Below are positions 47,194 to 58,500 of a stretch of 64,000 nucleotides of DNA, in pieces. The stretch is from a virus. Its lineage: Duplodnaviria; Caudoviricetes. The position numbers were made by a program, and so were the translations under genes. Where the stretch lies: positions 557 to 64,556 of the IMG/VR virus record IMGVR_UViG_3300038428_000448; one strand, written 5' to 3'. Position 1 is the stretch's first letter; every line of letters begins with the position of its first letter. The notes beneath the pieces were generated by a model, which did not search any database, was not told the origin of the DNA, and saw only the letters and a list, made by a program, of their open reading frames with translations.

Positions 47194-47469
47194 TTAACTT
47201 GGATGGGTGCTATCGTAAGGTGTGGTGTTTAATCCTTCTTCATATACAGATAGTCCCTCACCATCATTTTTAAATTGACTCACACCAACTTGCTCGCCAG
47301 CAATAAATGCGTTCTGATTGCAAAATTCAGCTTCTTGCTGACTTGTTATCAATTTGTCAGGGCCTACGGTTATAATGTTTCTAGCATTAAACGCTCCCCC
47401 TATAGGCTGAGTTGCATATCTGTCAGCTAACGTTATTGTTAACGATGGTCTTGATAAAGCGTTTGGCAT
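47194..47469 (-). CDS. Small putative structural protein
   Basis: 91 aa, AAGGA SD and late-type motif upstream. Confidence 0.65.
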   Translation of the reverse strand: MPNALSRPSLTITLADRYATQPIGGAFNARNIITVGPDKLITSQQEAEFCNQNAFIAGEQVGVSQFKNDGEGLSVYEEGLNTTPYDSTHPS

Positions 47470-47487
47470 ATGTTATTTCCTTTTGTC

Positions 47488-47495
47488 TATAAATA
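47488..47495 (-). promoter_or_regulatory. Late-type motif TATTTATA
   Basis: Intergenic upstream of 47469. Confidence 0.65.
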
Positions 47496-47498
47496 TAA

Positions 47499-50192
47499 TT
47501 AGAAATCAATTTTCACTACAAAATTAATTGGAAAATCAGGGGTAATTTTGATTGGTGAACCTAATTTCGCTATTGCTACCAAATCACAACCATCATACAA
47601 TCCAACCGAAGTGACCGTTGGTGCCAAGTATGAGCCTGTAGGGTCGTTTCTTGAGTGTTGAGAATACTCCGAAAAGGTGGAATTAATCATCGGTGGCTGA
47701 CCACGAAGCGTTTTACTATTCATGTAATCTATAATATTCGCTAAAAACTTATTTTGTGAGTTTGGAGTGATATAGGTCTCATAATTTTTTTGAGTCAATC
47801 TATAAATGAAATATTTCCATAGAATATACATGTCATTATAATTGATTTTATTATCATTATTGAAATCCAAATCCCCATACATTGTATTATTAATCATGGA
47901 ATAACTCGATGAAAACAAACTGTCCGTCCCAAACCAAGAAGATGAATACATGCTATATACGGCCGGTTCTTCATTGGTGGTGGTATCAATGATGGAAGAA
48001 CTCCAATCCATGCTAGGTTGACCTGTCGCAGTACTGCTACTTTGATAAGCCATGTATCTGAGTAATACGTCTGCATCTTGAAAATCAAATCGTCCATTTT
48101 TGTTTATATCAAATTCAGCTGCTGGAAAGATGATTGCAGTGGGATTTGTACTAACATTAAATTCTCCTATATCCACAGGACAAACAACTTGTTTCTCAAA
48201 GATTGTTTGAGACGATGTAAATTCGATGTCATATGCATACTCATTATTAATGACTGTATTACTCAATTGCAAACCTCCAAAATTTGAACCTGAAGTCATA
48301 ATGATTATTTTACCATTTCTGTAAAAACTATTTCCCACATAAAAATTTGGTCTAAGATTTTTAAGATTGTAAACATAAGCTTTTCCACTGAGGTCGCCAA
48401 GAATGTTCACACTACCAGTAAAACTTCCTGTAGTCGAACTTAAATCCATGACCACGGTTGAGCCGGATATAAGCATTGGCGAACCAATCACAATAAATTG
48501 ATTGGAAATGTTTGCATCCCACCCATAAACACGATAGGGTGACAAAAATTGTTTTTTGACTTGATAAATGTTGGTTATACCCCAATCTACATTGGTTGTA
48601 TCCGGTATCGAACCTGTGATTTTATTGTACAAAACAAACTGGCCGTTTAAAAGCGCATCAACACTATCTCCACAAAACCATTGTTGAAATAAAGACCCGC
48701 GCAGATAACATATTGAGGCCGACAAAGCATTTATTTTTGGAACACCTGCCACAGCATATTGGTCATAAACCCCAACGGACCAACCCAACATGTTATTGTC
48801 AATAATTGTTTCATTGCCATAGGATTTTCTAGCCAAGTAATAACCATAATTTGCATTAGCACATCTTTCAAAAAAATACACCGAACCCTGTGCATACAAT
48901 GACCCACTTTCATATTCCTGTATTATTCTGTCGGTTGGCGCTCCCACCATTACCGTATTACCATACATTGAAACCGAATGACCGAATGAATCATAAATGT
49001 TTGGATAATTTGAAACTAGGGGAAGAGTTGGATAAAATGGAAGCGGATAAATTGAGCTACTGTCAGGCAATAAAGTAAACGTATTATTCCAATTAGTACC
49101 ATTAAATTCGTAAACATAAGCCCTAGATTGACTTGGTTTCGAGCTACCCACCACCATACTCCAACTAAATGAACACGATGCTTTATTCATTCCTATACTT
49201 GCACCAAAATTGTCACCACCGCCAATGTCAGAAGGTATGGGTAATGTTTGAAATAACGACCAACTTAAATTGTTTCCATTATACTTTCTAAACATGAACA
49301 CGGCGCCTTGACTGCCCGATTCATTTGGTGAACCAACCGCAAGCCATTCATCATTTAATGATAAAGAATAACCAAATGACGAGGTTACAGTCGTATTTGG
49401 GTTGTATATTGTCGTCAAATAAGGATCGGTTCCAATAATTCCTATTACTCGGATAGCCAATCCTGTAAGAGTAGTGTAAGTGGTTGATATATTCACATTT
49501 CCACCACTATTTGATGTGGGTGATATGGCTATGTTTGCCCATTCAGACCCCGGAATGGATAAGTCCATTGTTTGAAACATTACAAATGTATAATTTTGTC
49601 CTGCTGGAACATTGGCTTGAATGGTTATAAAGCCGTTGAAAGATGAAGAACCAATGATTGTGGGTTGTAATCTTTTAGCATAAGGATCAATGTCCAAAGT
49701 GGATACATCAAAGAGGTCAACATATCCTGACCCTGTATAGAATAATGACTCCGTTATAAATGTAAATCGACTTATAAAATAGGGATTGCCGACAGCCAAT
49801 AAAGTCCCACGCAAATCCAAAGCCCAACCGTAACCATCTTCTGATGCCGAATAATATTGTCCGACATCAACCGCTAAATCCAAATCCGCAGTATAAGGAA
49901 CGGAACCTGTGTATTCTGTTTGCAAGTAATAATCCGGCCCGGTTGAAGCAGTATTATTGGCTTCAGTTGATAATAAAATCAATTCGGGTGGGGTCAAAGG
50001 TCTATAAAGAGTCGTTTTGACATCATGAAGGTCCGAATTAATATTATATTTGTATATTTCTACCGAACCGGTTCTAATCAGACTGCCGGTTAAGGCATTA
50101 TAACGAAAAGGATTGGGATTTCCAACTGCTGCCCAATATCCATCGCATGTTACTGACCAACCGAAATTTTGATTAGAAACATTTGCAATCAT
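47499..50192 (-). CDS. Baseplate/tail-associated protein with FG-GAP-like propeller repeats and EF-hand/dockerin-like motifs (start corrected to 50192)
   Basis: Repeated FG.S.S......AVG.P......G.V..F; DINKNGRFDFQD and DFNNDNKINYND; C-terminal VTSVGLYD...LVAIAKL..PIK. Confidence 0.75.
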   Translation of the reverse strand: MIANVSNQNFGWSVTCDGYWAAVGNPNPFRYNALTGSLIRTGSVEIYKYNINSDLHDVKTTLYRPLTPPELILLSTEANNTASTGPDYYLQTEYTGSVPYTADLDLAVDVGQYYSASEDGYGWALDLRGTLLAVGNPYFISRFTFITESLFYTGSGYVDLFDVSTLDIDPYAKRLQPTIIGSSSFNGFITIQANVPAGQNYTFVMFQTMDLSIPGSEWANIAISPTSNSGGNVNISTTYTTLTGLAIRVIGIIGTDPYLTTIYNPNTTVTSSFGYSLSLNDEWLAVGSPNESGSQGAVFMFRKYNGNNLSWSLFQTLPIPSDIGGGDNFGASIGMNKASCSFSWSMVVGSSKPSQSRAYVYEFNGTNWNNTFTLLPDSSSIYPLPFYPTLPLVSNYPNIYDSFGHSVSMYGNTVMVGAPTDRIIQEYESGSLYAQGSVYFFERCANANYGYYLARKSYGNETIIDNNMLGWSVGVYDQYAVAGVPKINALSASICYLRGSLFQQWFCGDSVDALLNGQFVLYNKITGSIPDTTNVDWGITNIYQVKKQFLSPYRVYGWDANISNQFIVIGSPMLISGSTVVMDLSSTTGSFTGSVNILGDLSGKAYVYNLKNLRPNFYVGNSFYRNGKIIIMTSGSNFGGLQLSNTVINNEYAYDIEFTSSQTIFEKQVVCPVDIGEFNVSTNPTAIIFPAAEFDINKNGRFDFQDADVLLRYMAYQSSSTATGQPSMDWSSSIIDTTTNEEPAVYSMYSSSWFGTDSLFSSSYSMINNTMYGDLDFNNDNKINYNDMYILWKYFIYRLTQKNYETYITPNSQNKFLANIIDYMNSKTLRGQPPMINSTFSEYSQHSRNDPTGSYLAPTVTSVGLYDGCDLVAIAKLGSPIKITPDFPINFVVKIDF

Positions 50193-50195
50193 AGC

Positions 50196-50203
50196 TATAA
50201 ATA
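50196..50203 (-). promoter_or_regulatory. Late-type motif TATTTATA
   Basis: 3 nt before ATG 50192. Confidence 0.65.
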
Positions 50204-50220
50204 GACCAAGAATGCAAGCT

Positions 50221-51471
50221 TTATGCCAACACTCTTCCCCAAGTGCAAACAAATGACAAAGTTAATGTTTGAACATTAGTTTTTGTTTGATTTTGAGTGA
50301 ATACACAACAAAAAGCGTTACTACCGGGGCTACCAAGTCCTATTGTTCTAAGGTCATTTTCTGCTAATAAATTTGTTGAAAATGTTGCGCTTTTATACGC
50401 TGTAAAACTAAAAGGTACGTATGCATCCATGCTCGTAGCCGCTTGAGCATTCGATGTTCCTGACCTATCTACAACTACTCCCGAATTTGGATTTGGTGTA
50501 GAACTATTTGAAACAAATATATTAGGAGTACCTGCTGGATCCAACCATGCTGTGCCAGTAGTACCGCCACCAACATCTATAACTGAAATATAATACCCAC
50601 CTACATTCTGATATCCGGGCACCAACGAACCCGTCCCCCATCCTACTATAGAAGCTGTAAAAGGTACCCCCGGTGAATTAGCATATGGCGTTACAGCAAT
50701 ATCCAATTCATAAATGAGTCTCATTTTTTGATTGGCAGCAATAGAAACAGTAGCAGGTAATAACACTCTACTGAAAACATGACTATTAGGAAAAGAAGGA
50801 GCATAAACAGAATCATAAGTATATCCGACACCCACTTCAGTAAAAGTAACAGATGAAGTTTCATAATTGAAATCCCAAGACCTTCTATTTTGAACGACGT
50901 TCCCTACGTATGAAGTTCCACAATACCCTGTGCCTGAAAACAAATTATTATATCCAACAAGATGAATAGGAGCTTGTAATCCTGTCTGAGATGTTTTAAA
51001 AATTGTAAAAGGTTGTAAAACAATTGTTGATGAAGGTGTAATCGAAGCAGATGTATTTGATACAGCTAAAATTCTTACTTCTGAAGCATCATCAAAATGA
51101 AGCATATCTCCAACTTGAACTGCTGATGACCATCCACCGGAAGATCCGGTTAAACTTTGAAGACCTGTAGGACCGGGAACAAATGTGAGAGTTGTGCTGG
51201 CAACAGAGCCAGAAGAATCTCCTGTATAAATTGAATTTACTGCGGTTCCATTTCCAGCAAAAGCCACATTCATTGCATTTCCATAATTAAAACTATATAA
51301 AGCATCCATGCCTTGATTTAAAATTAAATTCTTTTGCCAATCCTTTTGCTCCCATACAACATTATTATCTTTATCAATAACGGAAACTTTATATTTACCA
51401 CTTAAAGTTTGACCGATTGATGTAGGAGGTATAATTTCCTTTTGGGGTTCTCTTAAATTTACTTCATTCAT
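50221..51471 (-). CDS. Putative tail/baseplate structural protein
   Basis: KNLILNQG N-terminus, EVGV..., FSRVLL; Ser/Thr-rich. Confidence 0.65.
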   Translation of the reverse strand: MNEVNLREPQKEIIPPTSIGQTLSGKYKVSVIDKDNNVVWEQKDWQKNLILNQGMDALYSFNYGNAMNVAFAGNGTAVNSIYTGDSSGSVASTTLTFVPGPTGLQSLTGSSGGWSSAVQVGDMLHFDDASEVRILAVSNTSASITPSSTIVLQPFTIFKTSQTGLQAPIHLVGYNNLFSGTGYCGTSYVGNVVQNRRSWDFNYETSSVTFTEVGVGYTYDSVYAPSFPNSHVFSRVLLPATVSIAANQKMRLIYELDIAVTPYANSPGVPFTASIVGWGTGSLVPGYQNVGGYYISVIDVGGGTTGTAWLDPAGTPNIFVSNSSTPNPNSGVVVDRSGTSNAQAATSMDAYVPFSFTAYKSATFSTNLLAENDLRTIGLGSPGSNAFCCVFTQNQTKTNVQTLTLSFVCTWGRVLA

Positions 51472-51502
51472 AATTTCCTTTCACTGTTACTATACATATT
51501 TG

Positions 51503-52651
51503 TTACATTAGACTTCCCTGATAAAATGCTATACTTGTAGTCACTTGATTAAAACTCATTGTTTGTGGGAAAGTTGTCAATATACGACTTCCTGTGTAGA
51601 AAGCCAAATACGTTGAGGCTGAATCAAAACTTGCCGTTTGTGGGAACGTCGTTAATAGAATACTTCCTGTATAGAAAGCCAAATATGTTGAGGCTGAATC
51701 AAAACTTGAAGTAACTGTAGTAACAGTATTTGTTATAAAACCCGTATTAAACGCCAAGTTTACGGTTGGAATATCTGCAAGACTACCTGTGACCGCTACC
51801 ATTGTAACTACGTTTTGCATGGAAGCACTATAAAATGATATACTATTAGTTATAGTATTAGAATATGGAGGGGCATTAACCACACTACCAGCAAAAAATC
51901 TCACAGACAAAGATGCGGTATCTGTTCTTAATTGATTTTCAACCTTGCCTGAATAAAAATAAACAGACACATTGGATGTGTCATATTCAATTTCTGAATT
52001 ATTTCCCCAATACCAATCACAATATGATGAAGAGGAATGTGCATCAAAAGAATTTGAGAAATAACCAAGTTCCTGTTGGTGGGAAAATATATTTATTCCA
52101 GCAAACAAATTACCGTTTCCATCATCCATTATGATATATGGGTTGTCGGAAGTGTCAACATGCAGATTGATTGTATTTGGTACAATTTTATCACCAAATA
52201 CGATTCTCGGAACATCAATTAATTGAATTTGGTCAGTTAAATGCCTTTTGGTTTCAGACAGTTCAAAATCAACATTTTCTTCGCCCCATAATTTGGTGGG
52301 GTCTTTATAATTATTGTAAAACATTGTTTTAACTTGAGCATAAATCGACCTCTTGTATGTTCCGTCCGGATTTTTGGGTTCAGAATCGGGATACACAATG
52401 GAATTGGTAATATTTAATCCCTGCTCCACCGTTGCTAAATCATAAGGCATCGGGTTTAATGCAATGCTGCACGAACTATTAATTACAGGAAGTCCACTTC
52501 CATCACCGTAATCGATATATTGCAATGCAATGGCATAGCCATCTTGGGTAAGAAGCAAATTGTCACCCGCATCGGTATTATTCAATGCTTGTTTCTTTGT
52601 TGCATTGAAAGGCGTCAACTGAACCTGATATTTTTTAAGTAATTTTATCAT
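51503..52651 (-). CDS. Baseplate-region structural protein with C-terminal repeats (start corrected to 52651)
   Basis: ATGA overlap with upstream paralog; DDGNGN motif. Confidence 0.7.
   Translation of the reverse strand: MIKLLKKYQVQLTPFNATKKQALNNTDAGDNLLLTQDGYAIALQYIDYGDGSGLPVINSSCSIALNPMPYDLATVEQGLNITNSIVYPDSEPKNPDGTYKRSIYAQVKTMFYNNYKDPTKLWGEENVDFELSETKRHLTDQIQLIDVPRIVFGDKIVPNTINLHVDTSDNPYIIMDDGNGNLFAGINIFSHQQELGYFSNSFDAHSSSSYCDWYWGNNSEIEYDTSNVSVYFYSGKVENQLRTDTASLSVRFFAGSVVNAPPYSNTITNSISFYSASMQNVVTMVAVTGSLADIPTVNLAFNTGFITNTVTTVTSSFDSASTYLAFYTGSILLTTFPQTASFDSASTYLAFYTGSRILTTFPQTMSFNQVTTSIAFYQGSLM
51506..51710. repeat. 75-bp (25-aa) tandem repeat SFDSASTYLAFYTGS.LLTTFPQT
   Basis: Two near-identical copies plus a degenerate third; more degenerate F(Y/F)xGS units upstream. 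Confidence 0.85.
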
Positions 52652-53640
52652 ACATCCCAAATAACAGGTCCTAGAGTTTTGTCTTGATCCCAAACATCCG
52701 GGTCAGTATTCCACGTTACTATTCCACTCGAACTACTGACGACGTTTGAAAAGGAAGAGGTACCAAAAAGATTGGCCGCATAAATTTTATACCAATATAC
52801 TACACTAGAAGAAATATTGGTATCCAAATAATCAATTGTATTAACTGATTGTAATACATTATAATTTATGCCATCGGTTGATTTTTCAATAACATAATTA
52901 TTTACAGGCCAAGGATTTATATTCCACGTCAAATATAAAAATGGACTATATATGATGTTTGATATAAACAATCTTGGGGTATCAGGAAGGCTTAATGTAT
53001 TATAGTAATCGCAATAACCACTACTACCTGTCACTATATTATTTGAATATTCCCCCAATTCCTGTTGATGAGAAAATAAATTGATGCCAGCGAAAACATT
53101 GCCATTTCCATCATCTTTAAAAACATAATTATTATCAGTCGTTGTATCATACATGACAATGGTATTGGGAAGAATTTTTTCCCCAAAAACTATTTGAGGA
53201 ATTTCAAACATCTTAAATTTATCGGTTATGAATCTTTTTGTTTGAGAATTTTCAAAATCAAGATTTTCCAATCCCCACATTTTTGTGGGGTCCCGATAAT
53301 TGTTATAAAACATACCATAAACTTGTGAATAAACACACCGTTGATATGTTCCGTTGGGATTTTGAGGGTCGGTTTCAGGATAGAAAATTCCTGTAACATT
53401 TAGTCCATCTTCAAATGTGGCCAAGTCTAGCGATTGCTGTTCTAATGCAATATTACAGGCACTAGCGGTTATTGGATACTGAATTCCATAATCAATATAC
53501 TCCAAAGCGACAGGCAAGCCAGCACTCCCACTATGTTCCATGAGAATTAAATCATCATTTATTACATTGGAAAGTTCCCAATTTTTTGTAACAACGAACG
53601 GTGTGGTTTGCGTATCATCTTTATGGAGTGACTTAAGCAT
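52648..53640 (-). CDS. Baseplate-region structural protein with C-terminal fibronectin-III-like domain
   Basis: Paralog of 51503..52651; LTW...YVIEKSTDG...YLD...YWYKIYAAN..G.S..SN. Confidence 0.75.
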   Translation of the reverse strand: MLKSLHKDDTQTTPFVVTKNWELSNVINDDLILMEHSGSAGLPVALEYIDYGIQYPITASACNIALEQQSLDLATFEDGLNVTGIFYPETDPQNPNGTYQRCVYSQVYGMFYNNYRDPTKMWGLENLDFENSQTKRFITDKFKMFEIPQIVFGEKILPNTIVMYDTTTDNNYVFKDDGNGNVFAGINLFSHQQELGEYSNNIVTGSSGYCDYYNTLSLPDTPRLFISNIIYSPFLYLTWNINPWPVNNYVIEKSTDGINYNVLQSVNTIDYLDTNISSSVVYWYKIYAANLFGTSSFSNVVSSSSGIVTWNTDPDVWDQDKTLGPVIWDV

Positions 53641-53649
53641 TTCATTATT

Positions 53650-54819
53650 TTAGAAATCAAGTCTTACTTTAATAAGCAATTCATTATCAAATGTTTTCAT
53701 TGCGGGTCGGCTGAGTTTGCCCACCGCAACCAATTCATTGCTAGCATCATATAGACCAACAGTGGTAATATATGTTGTCGGATTTGTAATAAAATCAGCA
53801 TTGTATATGGTTCCAGCCGCATGAATACCATCTGTTCCATTATAAACGTATGTTGGATTGTTGGAATAATTAAAGTCAAGATTCTTTACTCTCACAAAAT
53901 AATGTTGGGATGGAACATATTCACTCTTGCGGACAGACATTGTACCACCTGCATTTTGAATTGCCCAGAAAAATACCTTGTGATTTACAGTGGATGGAAC
54001 CAATGCTGATTGACCCGGAATGGCTATGCCAGCAATACTGTTGGTGCAATAATTTGCTATACATGTGGAAACAGGTCCAACTGTTCCTGAAAGATTATTT
54101 AAACCTATTAATTGATTAATGACTTGTGCATTAAATACAACTACACCGTCTTCCGGATAAAATAATCCAATACCCTGATAGGCTGGCGAAATATTTGTTG
54201 ATTCATTGATGGATCCCGTTATCAAATTGTAAACCGATGAAGCTTGAGCCGTAAAAGGCGAATCATCTATTAAAGTAATGGAACCGTTGGAACCAGTCAG
54301 TGTAATTTGAAAAAGTCCTTCATCGACTTGATCTTTCATTTTATAGGATGAAAAATTTATAACAAATATGTCATATCCTGTAATCATTTGAGGATTGGAA
54401 TTACTCCCTGATTGAAATTGAAATAATCCTGTTTCACCTTCCCCAAGCAATAAATTTTGATATTGTGTATAGATAGCTTTTGGTGCAAAGGCTAAAATAC
54501 TCCCCGTATCCAAATTAAAATCACCACTACCTGACGCTTCGGCATTATAATTGCCATAAGCTACCGAAAAGTATGGGTCATTGTTGGCATATGTGGTAGC
54601 ATCCGGAAATGCATTAAGATAATACATGGTTCTACGAATATCGTAAATGGATGATCCAAACGAAGGTGATGGTGTTGCCGATGATTGGGTTAAAGCAAAA
54701 AAATCGTCAAGCAAGGAACTTTGGGATAAAAAGGTTGCACCTTCCGGCCAAAGTCCACTTGTCACAGTACTTGTTCGGCCTGCAACTATGTCCGTAGGAT
54801 CAAATTGATTAAATATCAT
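53650..54819 (-). CDS. Baseplate/tail structural protein
   Basis: FNYSNNPT and TYITTVGLYD..NELVAVGKLSRP..K C-terminal motif shared with 47499..50192. Confidence 0.7.
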   Translation of the reverse strand: MIFNQFDPTDIVAGRTSTVTSGLWPEGATFLSQSSLLDDFFALTQSSATPSPSFGSSIYDIRRTMYYLNAFPDATTYANNDPYFSVAYGNYNAEASGSGDFNLDTGSILAFAPKAIYTQYQNLLLGEGETGLFQFQSGSNSNPQMITGYDIFVINFSSYKMKDQVDEGLFQITLTGSNGSITLIDDSPFTAQASSVYNLITGSINESTNISPAYQGIGLFYPEDGVVVFNAQVINQLIGLNNLSGTVGPVSTCIANYCTNSIAGIAIPGQSALVPSTVNHKVFFWAIQNAGGTMSVRKSEYVPSQHYFVRVKNLDFNYSNNPTYVYNGTDGIHAAGTIYNADFITNPTTYITTVGLYDASNELVAVGKLSRPAMKTFDNELLIKVRLDF

Positions 54820-54835
54820 ATATCGTTATATTTTG

Positions 54836-55492
54836 TTATGTTGTTGTATTAGTAGTTGTTACCGGAACCGTCACCGTGACTTCAATGCTTACACTACCAC
54901 CGGATTCGTTACCAATAATGGTCAACATTGTGGAAGTGGTCTGACCCAAACTACTATTTGGAATAAAAAGAAAACTCTGCCCCACGACCACCTGTGAACT
55001 AGCCGAATTGATATCTCCTGCAAAGGAAGGAATTGTACTAGATACAGAATTGATTGAATTAGCTTGAGAAACCACCAATACACCCACGTTTTTATTTCCA
55101 AGAATAGCTGTGTAACCGAGAGTAAGATTATAGGGTGGGTTGGTTGAAGGAACGATACTAATTTGACCGGTGTAATTACTAGCCACTGAAATTTTATCTT
55201 GTGCAATACTGATGACAGGAATAGACGTAACACCCTGATTAAGACTGACCAATTTATATTTCATTACCTGCGTTTCATCGGAAACAGGTTCAAAAACAGG
55301 CGTATTTCTTATAGCAATATCATAAAAAGCGCTGCCGTTGGGATGATTCGGCTGATAAAGTGTATAATCAATTTCATCATCCGCTAAGGCAAATGAGGTA
55401 ATGTTTAAATTTCCATTCTGCGCCAAAAGTTGTCGCCCCTTTTGGGTAAGAATAGCATCTACGGTTATTGTTTGATTGTCTATGTAAGCCAT
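54836..55492 (-). CDS. Baseplate-region structural protein
   Basis: VDAILTQKGRQLLA...ITSFALADDEIDY N-terminus. Confidence 0.7.
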   Translation of the reverse strand: MAYIDNQTITVDAILTQKGRQLLAQNGNLNITSFALADDEIDYTLYQPNHPNGSAFYDIAIRNTPVFEPVSDETQVMKYKLVSLNQGVTSIPVISIAQDKISVASNYTGQISIVPSTNPPYNLTLGYTAILGNKNVGVLVVSQANSINSVSSTIPSFAGDINSASSQVVVGQSFLFIPNSSLGQTTSTMLTIIGNESGGSVSIEVTVTVPVTTTNTTT

Positions 55493-55577
55493 ATGGATTT
55501 CTCTCTTCCTCTATAAGTATTCTCTTAAATGTGTTTTTTCCTATCTTTCCATGATTGATTTATTTTATTAATAAACA

Positions 55578-58500
55578 TTAAGTTGGTCTGCCACTTTGAT
55601 GAATGCGATTTCTGTGACCACCGCTGCCTCCGGGGTTTGTTATGGAGGTTTTTGTCACTACACCGCCCCCGCCCGATGGAGTTATTTGCCCCACTGTTGA
55701 AGAAGGAACGGTTTGAATAACGTTGCTTGCGTTGACAACATTAACATTACTGACATTAGTTGACTGAATGGGTAAACTTCCATCATTGACCCCATTACTA
55801 TTAATGGTTGAGTTAGATGTTTCTTGGCCTTTGATAAAGATACCTTGGTTATACGTTCCATATTTTGTCTTTGAAAACTGCTGACGTTTGTGAGAATAAT
55901 GATTTCTAGGATAACCGGAAGCCAATTCAAAATACTGCGATACAGGATTGATACTTAAATTAAATATGGTTTTAATAATAGGTGTAAGACTGTTTGCTGA
56001 AGCAAGTATATTACTTACTGTTTGGTCGGGAGTTTTAAGAAATGTATTAGCTCTATGGAGATACGACCCTGATGGCCCAACACCAGCATTGTATGTATAA
56101 GACAGACTTGAACTGTCATATTGAGGCAAATACACCAAATCCGTAAAATAGACCAAATTCCTCATATAATGTTCATCAAATATGACATACTTGTAAAGAT
56201 ACAACGATGCCGATGAATACGCATTATCTGCTGGATTATCGGAACGAATATATTCTCCTGTCTTAGAATAGTAATAGTATCTGTCCCAAACCTTCATCAT
56301 ATAGTAAACGATTGGATGGTTTCCCTTATTGAAACCTGAAAAGAAGAAATTAGAATAATTGACACCATGATCAGGTTCAACCATAAATCTACCGTTATCT
56401 GTTTCATGTGTCACCGACCCATGTATTGGAACCGTATCATTGAAAGGCAGTGGGCCACCGATTGAAGCGGTTTCCCATAATCTAGGGAGAAGTTCAAAAT
56501 CAGGATAAAAAGAATGTTGAATCTTATCCATATAATCACTATAATATCCGCTTCCCATATTGGAAGGTTTTATCTCAGTAGGATCATTTATATATTTGAA
56601 ATCTATTACTTTACTGTAATTTGGAGGCAACGAATTCCTCGTTGTTTGTTGTAATTGTGGAGACCCACTATTAATCAACGTCCAATCGGTATTAAAATCG
56701 GCCCAAAGAAGATTCTCACCAAAATTATAAATATTCTTGATTATCGTTGGCGTTTTGTAAGAGATATCAAGACTAGCAGTTATTGGCCTATTTTTGTATT
56801 TTGGTCTTTCAAGAAGTGTCGGTTCAATGATCACACCTGTATAAGCATTTGCTCGGGCAGGTATGACATTCTTTATGGTTTGAAAAATGGATTTATCAAA
56901 ATACAGTTTATATACGGTCAACAACTCATTAAAGTATGTTCTCTTGTTACCATTAGTATTGTATTCATAATTTTTATTGACTAATCCATAATATTTGTTT
57001 TCATACAAGTCAGATGGATCCCCAATGAGACCCATAATACCACTTTTGCCCACATATCTCAAAATATCCTTGTTCTTGGAATCTTGTGGGTCAATAAAGA
57101 ATCCAAGTTGATTGGATTCACCTGAAACGGTTATATCGGGGTTATTGGTTGACCTGTCAAATGGATCAAGCCGAGCATCAAGGTCATAACTTAATGTTCT
57201 AATTCTTGTGTTGTTGTATTTGTTTGGTCCAAACTTTGATGCATCAATATCTTGTTGATATGTCAGTTCTTGAAATTGATATGGATACACCGATTGAGAA
57301 AACCACTGACAGATTGGATAACCAACAAAAGAAGCCGAAAAAGCGTTGCCGATGGCCTCCGGAAAATTATAAGCAAGTATTTTAACGGAACCAGTCGGGT
57401 AATAAGGCTGCCAATATTGAGCAATAATATTTAATGATGCAGAATATAGTTCATCATCAATGTTATCAGCACCCCATGCATCATACCAATGACTGTAGTT
57501 GGTTGGTAATTGATTCCACGGAGTAGTTGGCATAACATAAGGGAACCCATTAACATAATAATTTGGAATACTGTAATAAGGCGATTCATTATTTATCCAC
57601 ACAGAACCACTATAATAATACATATTTTGTGGATAGTCCCAATTTAATCTTACCCACAAATGTTGATACGGGGCTGAACCACTATAACCATATGAATTTA
57701 GGTCGTTCACATGTTCTTCAAAATCATCATCGTCGATAGGAACATCCCAAATCAACAATTTATCCAATGTTCCTTTGAACATCCCATTACTCAATCTGAA
57801 TCTTCCGAATTGAGAAAAGACATCATTATCCGAATCATAAAAAATCGCGCTTGAAGTCGATTGAAAAATTGTTCTTCCGTTTTCATTTCTTTGAACGGTC
57901 AAATCATATTCAACAGGAACAACATTTGGGTCTATGGCTGGGTCAAACAAATCGTTTGGATAATTTCTTCTTAACATTACACTGAAAATATCACCATTAA
58001 AAATTGGCAACACACTGCTGGTTATGTTGACGCCTGATGACCCTGATCCCATTTGGAATACGACTTTTCCTGTATATTGCCCCGGAACTCTATAAAATCC
58101 CAACGCCCAATTGAAGTTAGCAGAACTTGAATATGGATATGGAATGCTAGTAAATAATGGAAAAAACTGAAAGTTTGGATAATAAATGTTCTTTGGGTCA
58201 GAACCAATGGAAAATTTGAATTCCGTGGTCATTGTTGAATACGGTATCGGTCCCTCAACATAATCACCCACACCTGAAAATTGAAGCATGTAGGTTTTTT
58301 CATCCAACTCATATGTGGGGGCTGTATCACTAGCATAATCCGTTCCACCATATTCCCTTATTGTAAGCATTGATGATGGCAAACCATAACACGATAACAA
58401 ATAATCCACACACTCTTCAGTTCCCTTGGTTTTATAAATGCCCGGCAAATTGACAAGAATACGATTCCATATGGTTTGAAGTCTTTGTTGGGAAGATAAA

